Position numbers and translations under genes: made by a program. Source: Escherichia phage vB_EcoP_SYGE1. From it: 39,713 nt of DNA. The stretch lies in sequence record MW883060, one strand, 5' to 3'. The notes beneath the pieces were generated by a model. The model saw nothing but the letters and a program-made list of their open reading frames with translations, had not been told where the DNA came from and ran no database searches. Positions 30,614 through 39,339 of this stretch are shown here, piece by piece; positions within the stretch are counted from its first letter, which is position 1; the number at the start of each line of letters is the position of its first letter.

Positions 30614-30633
30614 TTCCCTAATAGTGAGTCGTA

Positions 30634-30636
<3 letters not shown>
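30614..30636 (-). promoter_or_regulatory. Phage RNAP promoter phi2.5
   Basis: Minus strand reads TAATACGACTCACTATTAGGGAAGAC. Confidence 0.85.
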
Positions 30637-30900
<264 letters not shown>

Positions 30901-30941
30901 CTATACATTCAGTCCACATTCTGTGGCACCAGTCGGAAGGC

Positions 30942-31169
30942 TTAAGTATAGCGGTTCACCATAACACAGTCGTCAGAATATTCATACTCCTCTACCTTAA
31001 TAATTAGACTAGGTGTCTTCTTATAAGCAAATGGTAGGAGGTCACTATCACAATACTCACTGTGTCCTAACGAGAACATCAGCATACCCATGCGCAGCGC
31101 CTTGTATGCCCGATAGAACCTGTGCGCTCTACGCTTCACCGATGCGGCTTGAAGTTCTTCACGCGTCAT
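30942..31169 (-). CDS. gp1.8-like protein
   Basis: 75 aa from ATG at 31167..31169, overlapping the end of gene 1.7; assignment by position only. Confidence 0.5.
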   Translation of the reverse strand: MTREELQAASVKRRAHRFYRAYKALRMGMLMFSLGHSEYCDSDLLPFAYKKTPSLIIKVEEYEYSDDCVMVNRYT

Positions 31170-31740
31170 AACACTTATCCTTATGTTTCTCGTACAGTTC
31201 ACCGTAGAAGTCAGCTTTCGCCATGTCTTTCTCTAAGTAAGCCAGTTCGGACTTCTTACCAGCACGCAGGCGGTACTTAAGGATGTTCCCGAAGCAGTAC
31301 CCTTTGAACTGCTCACGAGTCATTGAACGGGCAATCACTTCGATAGCCTCAATGTCGTCGAACAGCATGTAATGGGAAGGCTTAGTGACACCTTCGATTG
31401 GCTCAGCTGAAGGCTTGTCATCTGTAGGAGTTACCTCTGGTTTATCCAGTTTAGGCTTACGTGGGTCCATCGCTCGGATTTCACCTAAGGTTATCTCTTG
31501 GTCGTTATTTGCTGGGCATAGGTGGCAAGGGACATTATAGCAGAGAAGATCGCAGCCATGTAAATCATCTTGGCGACCTTCGTTGTTGTCTACCAGCTTC
31601 ATGATCATCTCTTGTTCATGTTCGGTCATATCGTTAGCTCCTTTATTACAGGTATGTAGATAACGGTCGTCTTTCTCTAAGCAAGCTATACACCCAGTTG
31701 CTTGTACTGGCTGGTTCTCTTTTTTCCCAAGCTGCACCAT
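31159..31740 (-). CDS. gp1.7 (nucleotide kinase in T7)
   Basis: 193 aa with ATG start; Cys-rich ...ATGCIACLEKDDRY...CHLCPANND... matches recalled T7 gp1.7; the first ~12 residues differ. Confidence 0.85.
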   Translation of the reverse strand: MVQLGKKENQPVQATGCIACLEKDDRYLHTCNKGANDMTEHEQEMIMKLVDNNEGRQDDLHGCDLLCYNVPCHLCPANNDQEITLGEIRAMDPRKPKLDKPEVTPTDDKPSAEPIEGVTKPSHYMLFDDIEAIEVIARSMTREQFKGYCFGNILKYRLRAGKKSELAYLEKDMAKADFYGELYEKHKDKCYDA

Positions 31741-31752
31741 CTAACAGTCCCA

Positions 31753-32013
31753 TCAGAACACCTCCTTGATACGTTTGAGTAACAGACGGACGAACGGGAA
31801 GCGGGTCACTGCCACACTAAGAACCGGACGTTTCTTGTCTATTGCTTTCTCAAAGTCACCACGTGTGATAATGATGTGGACGCTCGGTGCCAAAGTAACT
31901 GTGTTACCAATAAGAGGCAGCTTAGCTCGGCGCTCGCTCTCACATACGATTGAACGGTCAGCACGGCGAACCGTGAAACTCTTAATGCTTTTGTTGAAAT
32001 GAAGTCGAAACAT
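31753..32013 (-). CDS. gp1.6
   Basis: 86 aa with ATG start, directly after phi1.6 (AAAGGAGGTACTATATG). Confidence 0.75.
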   Translation of the reverse strand: MFRLHFNKSIKSFTVRRADRSIVCESERRAKLPLIGNTVTLAPSVHIIITRGDFEKAIDKKRPVLSVAVTRFPFVRLLLKRIKEVF

Positions 32014-32018
32014 ATAGT

Positions 32019-32041
32019 ACCTCCTTTAGTGAGTCGTATTA
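32019..32041 (-). promoter_or_regulatory. Phage RNAP promoter phi1.6
   Basis: Minus strand reads TAATACGACTCACTAAAGGAGGTA. Confidence 0.85.
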
Positions 32042-32053
32042 AGCGTGGTCATC

Positions 32054-32155
32054 TTATGTGTCATCATCGTCATCATCACACAGTACAGCATATACAGGGA
32101 TGAGAATGAGTAATGACACCAAGAACAGCATTAGTAATGGCATTAAGTACATCAT
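32054..32155 (-). CDS. Micro-ORF B: 33-aa hydrophobic peptide with poly-Asp tail (gp1.5-like paralog)
   Basis: ATGATG start 5 nt after CTAAGGAGATACCTT; MMYLMPLLMLFLVSLLILIPVYAVLCDDDDDDT; TAA stop. Confidence 0.5.
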   Translation of the reverse strand: MMYLMPLLMLFLVSLLILIPVYAVLCDDDDDDT

Positions 32156-32179
32156 AAGGTATCTCCTTAGTTGGTGTCG

Positions 32180-32272
32180 TCAAGCGTGACCATCTGGCAT
32201 ATCATCATCGTCAGTATAGTGAAGCGCAAGGCATCCTAAGATGACAATGAGTAATGGCATTAAGTACATCAT
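32180..32272 (-). CDS. Micro-ORF A: 30-aa hydrophobic peptide with acidic tail (gp1.5-like)
   Basis: ATGATG start 7 nt after the promoter-borne GGAGG; MMYLMPLLIVILGCLALHYTDDDDMPDGHA; TGA stop. Confidence 0.5.
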   Translation of the reverse strand: MMYLMPLLIVILGCLALHYTDDDDMPDGHA

Positions 32273-32278
32273 GATGTG

Positions 32279-32301
32279 TACCTCCTTTAGTGAGTCGTAT
32301 T
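32279..32301 (-). promoter_or_regulatory. Phage RNAP promoter phi1.5
   Basis: Minus strand reads TAATACGACTCACTAAAGGAGGTACA. Confidence 0.85.
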
Positions 32302-32332
32302 AAACGCAGAAAGGCCCACCAGAAGGTGAGCC
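32302..32332 (-). terminator. Early terminator TE for host RNAP (rho-independent)
   Basis: Minus strand GGCTCACC-TTCT-GGTGGGCC hairpin followed by TTTCTGCGTTT, immediately 3' of the ligase gene. Confidence 0.75.
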
Positions 32333-32339
32333 AGTGTGG

Positions 32340-33356
32340 TTACATTTTCTCTTGAGGGTTGTCCTCGGTGCCACGGAAGCAGGTGAAGGAAGGGTGTCGC
32401 AATGAGCCATCGGGTGTTTCTTCCATAAATCCAATCTGGCAAGTCCACCCGTTATAGTAGTCATCGCCATGTTCTTTAACGTTAGCTGTAAATTCATCCA
32501 TTAAGGTGCGAGAGATGTTTGTGGCGTTAACTACACGACCACTCTCAAGAAGCACCTCAAATCCGATGACTTTACCTTCATTTGCTAAACCTTCTGTTCC
32601 CCACACAAGACCCTGAATAATACCATCAGCCTCGTTCTCTGGCTTAAGTTTCCACCAGCCGGACTTCTTACCGCGCTTATAGATGCACATCGGGTCTTTC
32701 ACAATGAGACCCTCATGGCCTTCTTCACGCTTCTTCTCATACAGTTGCTGTAGTTCTACCATATCGTAGACCTCGTAAGATTCAGCCGCTTGCCATTCGA
32801 TTTCAGGGAAGTATTCCTGTAGCAGAGGCAGCATGTTCTTAACGTGTTCCTGCATGAGCAACGTCATGACATCACAGTCTTCTCCAGACTCCACGATGTG
32901 CAGCGGGAGGATAGCGTACAGTTTGACACTCAGACGTTTGGTGTCCAACGCGAACTCAACCTTGGACCCTTTGAGCGGAGGTACACCGCCAACGTCGAAC
33001 TCAAAGTTATTCTTGTTGAGCCACTTGGTGCGCAGTAGGCCAGACCCAGTGTTAAAGTCTACGCCCTTGACCATGAGTTCACCATCGAGCATAAAGCCAT
33101 CTTTGTAGAAACAACGGTCATCGCTCAGCAGACGCTTCCAGCGAACATCAAACCCGTTTAAGTACTCCATCGCCGGAATCGGTTTAGACACACGAGAGAG
33201 CCAGCAGCAGTTAGCAGTATTGTCTACGCAGATGTTACCACGCACACCATCGTACTTAATGTCAGCAATAAGATACCCAGCGTTATCCAGAGCTTTCTTA
33301 ATGGCAGACTCTACGAAAGACACGGCTTTAAACGGGCTAGTCTTAATGTTCATCAT
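32340..33356 (-). CDS. ATP-dependent DNA ligase gp1.3
   Basis: 338 aa with ATGATG start; adenylation motif region IADIKYDGVRG; appears ~20 aa shorter than recalled T7 ligase (359 aa). Confidence 0.9.
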   Translation of the reverse strand: MMNIKTSPFKAVSFVESAIKKALDNAGYLIADIKYDGVRGNICVDNTANCCWLSRVSKPIPAMEYLNGFDVRWKRLLSDDRCFYKDGFMLDGELMVKGVDFNTGSGLLRTKWLNKNNFEFDVGGVPPLKGSKVEFALDTKRLSVKLYAILPLHIVESGEDCDVMTLLMQEHVKNMLPLLQEYFPEIEWQAAESYEVYDMVELQQLYEKKREEGHEGLIVKDPMCIYKRGKKSGWWKLKPENEADGIIQGLVWGTEGLANEGKVIGFEVLLESGRVVNATNISRTLMDEFTANVKEHGDDYYNGWTCQIGFMEETPDGSLRHPSFTCFRGTEDNPQEKM

Positions 33357-33374
33357 AATGTTTATCTCCTATTG

Positions 33375-33414
33375 GTTAAATGACTAAGGCCACTCAATGA
33401 GCGACCTTAAGCAT
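33375..33414 (-). promoter_or_regulatory. Putative RNase III site R1.3
   Basis: taaggccactcaatgagcgaccttaagc matches the recurrent motif; lies between phi1.3 and the ligase start. Confidence 0.4.
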
Positions 33415-33437
33415 TGTCCCTATACTGAGTCGTATTA
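33415..33437 (-). promoter_or_regulatory. Phage RNAP promoter phi1.3
   Basis: Minus strand reads TAATACGACTCAGTATAGGGACAATG. Confidence 0.85.
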
Positions 33438-33707
33438 CTTCCAGTGCTTCAAATCACTGTGAACCTTACGGAGCCATTCCGTCTGTGCGTTACAGCGAAC
33501 GTCTTCGTCTGACTGTTCGAACCTCTTGGATGTTAGCTCTACGCCATTCCGCAAGACCACTCGAAGAGTCTCACCAGCTACCCATCGGCGCTGTGCGTAG
33601 TCTTCGCGTCGATAAGTCTCAACAACCACATCGACAGAATGGTCTTCTCTGAGGCGCTTGATAGCATCTTTGTATGCTGCCAGATTACCACTATATAGAC
33701 GTCCCAT
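33435..33707 (-). CDS. gp1.2-like protein (in T7, inhibitor of host dGTP triphosphohydrolase)
   Basis: 90 aa from ATG at 33705..33707; MGRLYSGNLAAYK... and the ...DLKHWK end resemble recalled T7 gp1.2, but the middle appears divergent. Confidence 0.7.
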   Translation of the reverse strand: MGRLYSGNLAAYKDAIKRLREDHSVDVVVETYRREDYAQRRWVAGETLRVVLRNGVELTSKRFEQSDEDVRCNAQTEWLRKVHSDLKHWK

Positions 33708-33708
33708 C

Positions 33709-33837
33709 TTATTGACTCTCCCAGCAGCGTTTATGAGCACGGGTGCGTAATGGTTTATTAAACTTGCGGCCCTTAGTTGCCTCGAAGCCATGAGCGTTAC
33801 GGTTAGAACGTTTGGTCATCTTTTCGAAGTTACGCAT
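33709..33837 (-). CDS. gp1.1 basic 42-aa protein
   Basis: ATG after GAGAGGACTTTAAGT; MRNFEKMTKRSNRNAHGFEATKGRKFNKPLRTRAHKRCWESQ; not in the ORF track because it is under 60 aa. Confidence 0.75.
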   Translation of the reverse strand: MRNFEKMTKRSNRNAHGFEATKGRKFNKPLRTRAHKRCWESQ

Positions 33838-33917
33838 ACTTAAAGTCCTCTCTTAGTAATTCTTTAATTTAAATCTTTAATTAACACTTAAGGGTCTTAA
33901 AGTTAAACCTTAAGGTT

Positions 33918-33940
33918 CCCCCCTATAGTGAGTCGTATTA
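33918..33940 (-). promoter_or_regulatory. Phage RNAP promoter phi1.1B
   Basis: Minus strand reads TAATACGACTCACTATAGGGGGGAA. Confidence 0.85.
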
Positions 33941-33949
33941 ACCGGAAGA

Positions 33950-33992
33950 AGGTCAATCATAAAGGCCACTCTTGCGAATGACCTTGAGTTTG
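33950..33992 (-). promoter_or_regulatory. Putative RNase III site R1.1
   Basis: ataaaggccactcttgcgaatgaccttgag matches the recurrent motif. Confidence 0.4.
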
Positions 33993-33993
33993 T

Positions 33994-34016
33994 CCCCTCT
34001 ATAGTGAGTCGTATTG
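33994..34016 (-). promoter_or_regulatory. Phage RNAP promoter phi1.1A
   Basis: Minus strand reads AATCAATACGACTCACTATAGAGGGGAC. Confidence 0.8.
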
Positions 34017-34017
34017 A

Positions 34018-36669
34018 TTAAGCGAATGCGAAGTCAGATTTCAGAATGTCTTGCAGGTTCAGATTACCCTTCTTAGGCAGAGCTGGCATCTTGTCGAGCT
34101 GGGATTCGTGCAACTGGTCTGCGAACTGCTCATAGAAGTCGGCCAGTACATCACAAGACTCATAGGTGTCCACCATAGTTTCGCGAACAGCTTTGAACAG
34201 GTTAGCAGCGTCAGCCGGAATGGTCCCGAAGGAGTCGTGAATCAACGCAAATGATTCGATTCCGTACTTCTCATGCGCCCACACTACAGTCTTACGCAGG
34301 TGGCTACCGTCTTGGCTGTGTACAAAGTTAGGAGCAATACCGGACTCCTGTTTGTGTGCATCAATCTCGCTATCCTTGTTAGTGTTAATGGTTGGCTGCA
34401 AGCGGAACTGACCGAGGAAAATCAGGTTCAAGCGAGTCTGAATTGGCTTCTTGTATTCCTGCCACACAGGGAACCCATCAGGAGTTACCCAATGTACAGC
34501 GCAACGCTTGCGAAGAATCTCTCCAGTCTTCTTATCTTTGACCTCAGCAGCCAGCAGCTTAGCGGCAGACTTGAGCCAGTTCATAGCCTCTACAGCAGCT
34601 ACTACAGTCACACTCACAGCCTCCCAAATCAGTTTCGCCATGTATCCAGCAGCCTGATTCGGTTGAGTGAACATCAGACCTTTACCGGAATCAATAGCTG
34701 GCTGAATGGTATCTTCCAGCACTTGTTGGCGGAAGCCGAACTCTTTGGACCCGTAAGCCAGAGTCATTACTGAACGTTTAGTCACGCTGCGTGTTACACC
34801 GTAAGCCAGCCATTGACCAGCCAGCGCCTTAGTGCCCAGCTTGACTTTCTCAGAGATTTCACCAGTGTTCTCATCGGTCACGGTAACTACTTCGTTGTCG
34901 GTTCCATTGATTGCGTCTTCTTGCAGAATCAAATTGACTTTCTTAGCGACAATCCCGTAGATGTCCTGAACGGTTTCGCTAGGCAGAAGGTTAACAGCAC
35001 GACCACCAACCTCATCTCGGAGCATCGCGGAGAAGTGCTGAATGCCAGAGCAAGACCCATCGAACGCCAGCGGAAGAGAGCAGTTGTAGCTTAAGCCGTG
35101 GTGCTGTACCCCAGCGTACTCAAAGCAGAACGCGAGGAAGCAGAACGGAGAATCTTGCTCAGCCCACCAAGTGTTCTCCAGCGGAGACTTAGCGCAAGCC
35201 ATGATGTTCTCATGGTTGTCCTCAATGAACTTGATGCGCTCAGGGAACGGAACCTTATCGACACCAGCACAGTTTGCACCGTGGATTTTCAGCCAGTAAT
35301 AACCTTCCTTGCCGATTGGTTTCCCTTTAGCCAGCGTCAGCAGACCCTTGGTCATATCGTTACCTTGCGGGTTGAACATTGACACAGCGTAAACACGACC
35401 GCGCCAGTCCATGTTGTAAGGGAACCAGATGGCCTTATGGTTAGCGAACTTATTGGCTTGCTCAAGCATGAACTCTAAGCTGATACGGCGAGACTTGCGA
35501 GCCTTGTCCTTGCGGTACACAGCAGCAGCAGCACGTTTCCATGCGGCGAGAGCCTCAGGATTCGTGTCGATGTCTTCCGGTTTCATCGGAAGTTCTTCGC
35601 GCTCAATCGCTGGGATGTCCTCTACAGGACAATGCTTCCACTTGGTGATTACGTTAGCAACCGCTAGGACTTTCTTGTTGATTTTCCAAGCGGTGTTTTG
35701 CGCAATGTTAATCGCTTTGTACACCTCAGGCATGTAAACGTCTTCGTAGCGCATCAGTGCTTTCTTGCTATGAGTACGTACCAGTGCCAGAGGACGGCGA
35801 CCGTTAGCCCAATATCCACCACCAGTAATACCAGTCCACGGTTTAGGAGGAACTACGCAAGGTTGGAACATCGGAGAGATACCAGCAAGCGCACCTGCAC
35901 GGGTTGCGATAGCCTCAGCGTATTCCGGTGCAAGTTCGATAGTCTCAGAGTCTTGCCCTACTACGCCAGCATTTTGACGATGTAAGCTAACCATTCCGGT
36001 GGACTCAATGAGCATCTCAATGCAGCGCACACCAACGTGAATGGAGTCTTCCTTATGCCACGAAGACCACGCCTCGCCACCCAGTAGACCCTTAGAGAGC
36101 ATGTCCGCTTCGACAACCTGCATGAATGCTTTCTTGTAGACGTGCCCTACGCGCTTGTTGAGTTGTTCCTCAACGTTTTTCTTAAAGTGCTTAGCTTCAA
36201 GGTCACGGATTCGACCAAAGCGCGCCTCGTCCTCAATAGCTCGACCGATTGCACTTGCTACAGCCTGAACGGTTGTATTGTCTACGCTCGTTAGGCAAGC
36301 CAGAGTTGTCTTAATGGTGATGTACGCTATCGCTTCCGGCTTGATTTCTTGCAGGAACTGGAAGGCTGTCGGGCGCTTACCGCGCTTAGCTTTCACTTCC
36401 TCAAACCAATCGTTGATGCGTGCAATCATCTTGGGGAGCAGAGTAGTAATGAGAGGCTTAGCGGCAGCGTTATCCGCAACCTCACCCGCTTTAAGTTGAC
36501 GCTCAAACATCTTGCGGAAGCGTGCTTCACCCATTTCGTAAGACTCATGCTCAAGGGCCAACTGTTCGCGAGCTAAACGCTCACCGTAATGGTCAGCCAG
36601 AGTGTTGAACGGGATAGCAGCCAGTTCGATGTCAGAGAAGTCGTTCTTAGCGATGTTAATCGTGTTCAT
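34018..36669 (-). CDS. Single-subunit DNA-dependent RNA polymerase gp1
   Basis: 883 aa, MNTINIAKNDFSDIELAAIPFNTLADHYGERLAREQLALEHESYEMGEARF..., near identical to recalled T7 RNAP. Confidence 0.98.
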   Translation of the reverse strand: MNTINIAKNDFSDIELAAIPFNTLADHYGERLAREQLALEHESYEMGEARFRKMFERQLKAGEVADNAAAKPLITTLLPKMIARINDWFEEVKAKRGKRPTAFQFLQEIKPEAIAYITIKTTLACLTSVDNTTVQAVASAIGRAIEDEARFGRIRDLEAKHFKKNVEEQLNKRVGHVYKKAFMQVVEADMLSKGLLGGEAWSSWHKEDSIHVGVRCIEMLIESTGMVSLHRQNAGVVGQDSETIELAPEYAEAIATRAGALAGISPMFQPCVVPPKPWTGITGGGYWANGRRPLALVRTHSKKALMRYEDVYMPEVYKAINIAQNTAWKINKKVLAVANVITKWKHCPVEDIPAIEREELPMKPEDIDTNPEALAAWKRAAAAVYRKDKARKSRRISLEFMLEQANKFANHKAIWFPYNMDWRGRVYAVSMFNPQGNDMTKGLLTLAKGKPIGKEGYYWLKIHGANCAGVDKVPFPERIKFIEDNHENIMACAKSPLENTWWAEQDSPFCFLAFCFEYAGVQHHGLSYNCSLPLAFDGSCSGIQHFSAMLRDEVGGRAVNLLPSETVQDIYGIVAKKVNLILQEDAINGTDNEVVTVTDENTGEISEKVKLGTKALAGQWLAYGVTRSVTKRSVMTLAYGSKEFGFRQQVLEDTIQPAIDSGKGLMFTQPNQAAGYMAKLIWEAVSVTVVAAVEAMNWLKSAAKLLAAEVKDKKTGEILRKRCAVHWVTPDGFPVWQEYKKPIQTRLNLIFLGQFRLQPTINTNKDSEIDAHKQESGIAPNFVHSQDGSHLRKTVVWAHEKYGIESFALIHDSFGTIPADAANLFKAVRETMVDTYESCDVLADFYEQFADQLHESQLDKMPALPKKGNLNLQDILKSDFAFA

Positions 36670-36679
36670 TTCGTACCTC

Positions 36680-36735
36680 TTCCGGTTAGTAAATCGTATC
36701 TATTCAGGCCACCCGCAGATGACCTGTAAGATAAG
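36680..36735 (-). promoter_or_regulatory. Putative RNase III site R1 upstream of gene 1
   Basis: Minus strand CTTACAGGTCATCTGCGGGTGGCCTGAATAG, potential hairpin between 0.7 and gene 1. Confidence 0.4.
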
Positions 36736-36739
36736 ACTA

Positions 36740-37825
36740 TCAGCCCATTAGCATTGCGTCAAGTTTCTTGTCGATGTTAAGCGGAAGACCGTTAGCGATA
36801 GCCATCCGGTCAGCTTTACACCAGTGTGCTGCGATTCGTTCCTCAAGCGCCTTAAAGTCCCCAGCGAACATGTTGACCCAGAGCATAGCGTTATCGGTTC
36901 TTCCCAGTACATCTACAGCTCTCTCATGGTTACGTCGTTCTTGACGTTCAGCCATTCGCCACGCAGCGACCATTCGCTTGTGCTTCGCTTGGTGTACTTT
37001 ACGTGCCTTGCGGTTGTGACGTTTGAATCTGCGTGCATCTAATCGACCCACATGCCGTGCTTTACGTTCCCTAGCGCGTTCAATTTCCTTCTGACGTGCG
37101 ACCTCCTCGATTTCCTTGATGAGTTCCTCAGGGTCAATACTGAATGAGCCACCGCCTTTCTTCTGTGAGAGCGATACAGGGTCGGTAATGTATGGTACAT
37201 CATTATCATCAAACATGATGTTCCCACTGTGCATGTCGAACGAAGCGATGCCCTCAAAGAACTTGCGGATTAGCTTACAAGTCTCGACGAACTCGCCATC
37301 CCACCCAGTCAGCACATCGTGCATATCTGATTTGTAGTCAATGATGTCGCTTGCAATCTCAGCGTATTTATAGTGTTCATCGTTATCGTAACACTCGCAA
37401 TCATTCAGTGCATCGAGTACAACCGTATAGCATCCAGCGTGACGCTGTACATCGTAGACGTTAGGTATACCTGCACGGCCCTGATACATGCGGCAGAATG
37501 CGGTATACGCAGCGCCTGAGTCCTCTTTCTTAAAGCCCACCTTAATCACTCTATTGGGCAGCAGCGGGTGACTATAAGCAGCCGAGAAGTGACCATTACC
37601 GAGCATCTTGAACCCTGCGTCAGCCGTGAGACACTTCAAGGTAGTCCACCAGTCTTGCGACTCAAGACACCGATTCAGTTCGGTAATTTCCCCATCGCAT
37701 GTCTCGCTATTGACCATCTCTACCAGTAAGTCGATAAGCATCCCTTGACGTTTGTCAAGTTCACAGATTGGCAGTGCTTTGATTGCGTCGATAGCGTTCA
37801 TGATGTCGGTAATGTTCACTTGCAT
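36740..37825 (-). CDS. Ser/Thr protein kinase and host shutoff protein gp0.7
   Basis: Near identical to recalled T7 gp0.7 ([25 protein letters not shown]...). The start is ambiguous: ATG at 37823..37825 (MQVNITD) or GTG at 37817..37819 (MNITD, better-spaced GGAGA). The track ORF begins at TTG. Confidence 0.85.
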   Translation of the reverse strand: MQVNITDIMNAIDAIKALPICELDKRQGMLIDLLVEMVNSETCDGEITELNRCLESQDWWTTLKCLTADAGFKMLGNGHFSAAYSHPLLPNRVIKVGFKKEDSGAAYTAFCRMYQGRAGIPNVYDVQRHAGCYTVVLDALNDCECYDNDEHYKYAEIASDIIDYKSDMHDVLTGWDGEFVETCKLIRKFFEGIASFDMHSGNIMFDDNDVPYITDPVSLSQKKGGGSFSIDPEELIKEIEEVARQKEIERARERKARHVGRLDARRFKRHNRKARKVHQAKHKRMVAAWRMAERQERRNHERAVDVLGRTDNAMLWVNMFAGDFKALEERIAAHWCKADRMAIANGLPLNIDKKLDAMLMG

Positions 37826-37840
37826 ATTCTCCAAATGTGA

Positions 37841-38038
37841 TTAATGGGTTGCTACGTAAAAGATGCCTACTTTGTTCGCCTTAAAGCGCCCGTTGTGTTC
37901 ACGTACCGTAAACCGTGGTAGGAATCCGTATTTAAAGTAACTTAGCGTTGCTTTGTGGACCTTTATACCCTTGCGGAAGTCTCTAAGGAACACGTATAGG
38001 ATTAGAGCGTAACCAGTGATGATAATTAGCGATAGCAC
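37841..38038 (-). CDS. gp0.6-like small hydrophobic protein
   Basis: 65-aa ORF with apparent GTG start overlapping the end of 0.5; assignment by position only. Confidence 0.35.
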   Translation of the reverse strand: MLSLIIITGYALILYVFLRDFRKGIKVHKATLSYFKYGFLPRFTVREHNGRFKANKVGIFYVATH

Positions 38039-38196
38039 TTTATTGCCTCCAGAGCTTCCTTACCGCGCCCCTCAGCGTCCAACTTAGCGAGTAGTGCATC
38101 ACGTTGCTTAAGGAACTTTGAGCGCTCCAACGCGGTGCTACGCCATCCCATCGCTACGAATACTGCAACGGTTGCCATAAAGATTCCAGTCGTCAT
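38026..38196 (-). CDS. gp0.5-like small membrane protein
   Basis: 56 aa from ATG at 38194..38196 preceded by GAGGATTAAACAC; MTTGIFMATVAVFVAMGW... has a hydrophobic N-terminus. Confidence 0.5.
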   Translation of the reverse strand: MTTGIFMATVAVFVAMGWRSTALERSKFLKQRDALLAKLDAEGRGKEALEAIKCYR

Positions 38197-38218
38197 GTGT
38201 TTAATCCTCATAGAATGA

Positions 38219-38262
38219 TAATCATGAAAGGCCACTCGCTTTGAGCGACCTTGAGTCTATCA
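38219..38262 (-). promoter_or_regulatory. Putative RNase III site R0.5
   Basis: tgaaaggccactcgctttgagcgaccttgagtc lies between 0.4 and 0.5. Confidence 0.45.
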
Positions 38263-38415
38263 CTCAGCAGATTCCAAAGCTATTGCCTTGTTGTTTTCGT
38301 ACAGTTCCTTAAGGTGTGCCATTGCGAGCGACCAATTAAACCCGCAGCGCACCATGTCACTATAGAACAGTACAGTTTGAGCGGTCAGACCGTATTGCGT
38401 GGTGCTGTTAGCCAT
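38260..38415 (-). CDS. gp0.4 (FtsZ inhibitor in T7), 51 aa
   Basis: ATG overlapping the ocr stop (TAATG); [51 protein letters not shown]. Confidence 0.7.
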   Translation of the reverse strand: MANSTTQYGLTAQTVLFYSDMVRCGFNWSLAMAHLKELYENNKAIALESAE

Positions 38416-38762
38416 TACTCTTCTTCCTCGTCTTCTACTTCCGCAAGATACTCGTTCAGTAAGTCCTCAGCGTCTGCCCAAAGGTCGCTAGTGAGTTGCT
38501 CATAGATGCGAGCCTGTAGAATGCGGGTTACGTCCTTGGTGTTCGGAATAAGACCAGAGTCCTCAAATTCAAAACCAATGCCATCGCTTGCCATTACACT
38601 AAAGATGTCATTATAGTAGTGAGGGACCGCATCATCGGCAGCCATATGAATAGCATCGTGCAGGTCGTCAATTCTACGGATGTCATCATAACGGATGTTT
38701 TCTTTCAGCATTTCGTAAGCGTGGTCGAAAACGTTGTTGTAAGTCATGTTAGACATAGCCAT
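38415..38762 (-). CDS. ocr: Ocr, DNA-mimic anti-restriction protein gp0.3
   Basis: 115 aa, highly acidic, [29 protein letters not shown]..., near identical to recalled T7 Ocr. Confidence 0.95.
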   Translation of the reverse strand: MAMSNMTYNNVFDHAYEMLKENIRYDDIRRIDDLHDAIHMAADDAVPHYYNDIFSVMASDGIGFEFEDSGLIPNTKDVTRILQARIYEQLTSDLWADAEDLLNEYLAEVEDEEEE

Positions 38763-38793
38763 CTTGTGTTACCTCATAGTGTTGTTAGTGGAT

Positions 38794-38829
38794 ATCATAA
38801 AGGGCATCTTGCGATACCCTTGAGTTATC
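38794..38829 (-). promoter_or_regulatory. Putative RNase III site R0.3
   Basis: atcataaagggcatcttgcgatacccttgagttatc upstream of ocr. Confidence 0.35.
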
Positions 38830-38939
38830 CGCTAGTCATGCACTCAAGAGCTATTTACCAAATTGCTAAAGAGCGTCTTTGGTCAGGTTTCGTTAGACCG
38901 CATCACCTTTCAGTGTGGTGACTCACTGTCGTTTCATGT

Positions 38940-38973
38940 GGTACATCGTACCGTGTTTACTTCATGTTGTCAA
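38940..38973 (-). promoter_or_regulatory. Host sigma70 early promoter A3
   Basis: Minus strand TTGACA -17 nt- TACGAT; the surrounding sequence CAAACGGTTGACAACATGAAGTAAACACGGTACGATGTACCACATGAAACGACAGTGAGTCA matches recalled T7 A3. Confidence 0.75.
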
Positions 38974-39045
38974 CCGTTTGTTTCACCTTATGTGCCGTGG
39001 TGCGCTTAAGTCACCTAGAAGACACCGTGTGCTACCGGTTGACGC

Positions 39046-39080
39046 TTAATATCTTACTGCATGTTACTGCGTGTTGTCAA
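39046..39080 (-). promoter_or_regulatory. Host sigma70 early promoter A2
   Basis: Minus strand TTGACA -18 nt- TAAGAT. Confidence 0.7.
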
Positions 39081-39171
39081 TGCCTGTTTTTCGTATGACT
39101 TATCAGGCTGTCTACTTATCCGGTTGACCCCGGTATCTCAGGGAGTGGCTTTAGGCCGTTGTCCCGTTGAC

Positions 39172-39207
39172 GAGATGAATAGTAAACCATAGGACTCTTT
39201 AAGTCAA
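39172..39207 (-). promoter_or_regulatory. Host sigma70 early promoter A1
   Basis: Minus strand TTGACT -17 nt- TACTAT. Confidence 0.7.
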
Positions 39208-39258
39208 TACTCTTTTTAAAAACTTTAATTTCTCTCTTTAAGTCCTCTTTAAGTAGTA

Positions 39259-39281
39259 TCTCTCTATAGTGAGTTGTATTA
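39259..39281 (-). promoter_or_regulatory. Phage RNAP promoter phiOL
   Basis: Minus strand reads TAATACAACTCACTATAGAGAGATAC. Confidence 0.8.
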
Positions 39282-39339
39282 GAAAGACAATGATTAAAGA
39301 CTATGATTAAAGGGTATCTCTTTATAGGTAACAACAAGG

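Larger units (their letters stand above)
33838..34017 (-). other. Primary origin of replication region (phi1.1A/phi1.1B plus AT-rich segment)
   Basis: Two tandem phage promoters followed by an AT-rich tract (33845..33915) just downstream of gene 1, the same arrangement as the T7 primary origin. Confidence 0.55.
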
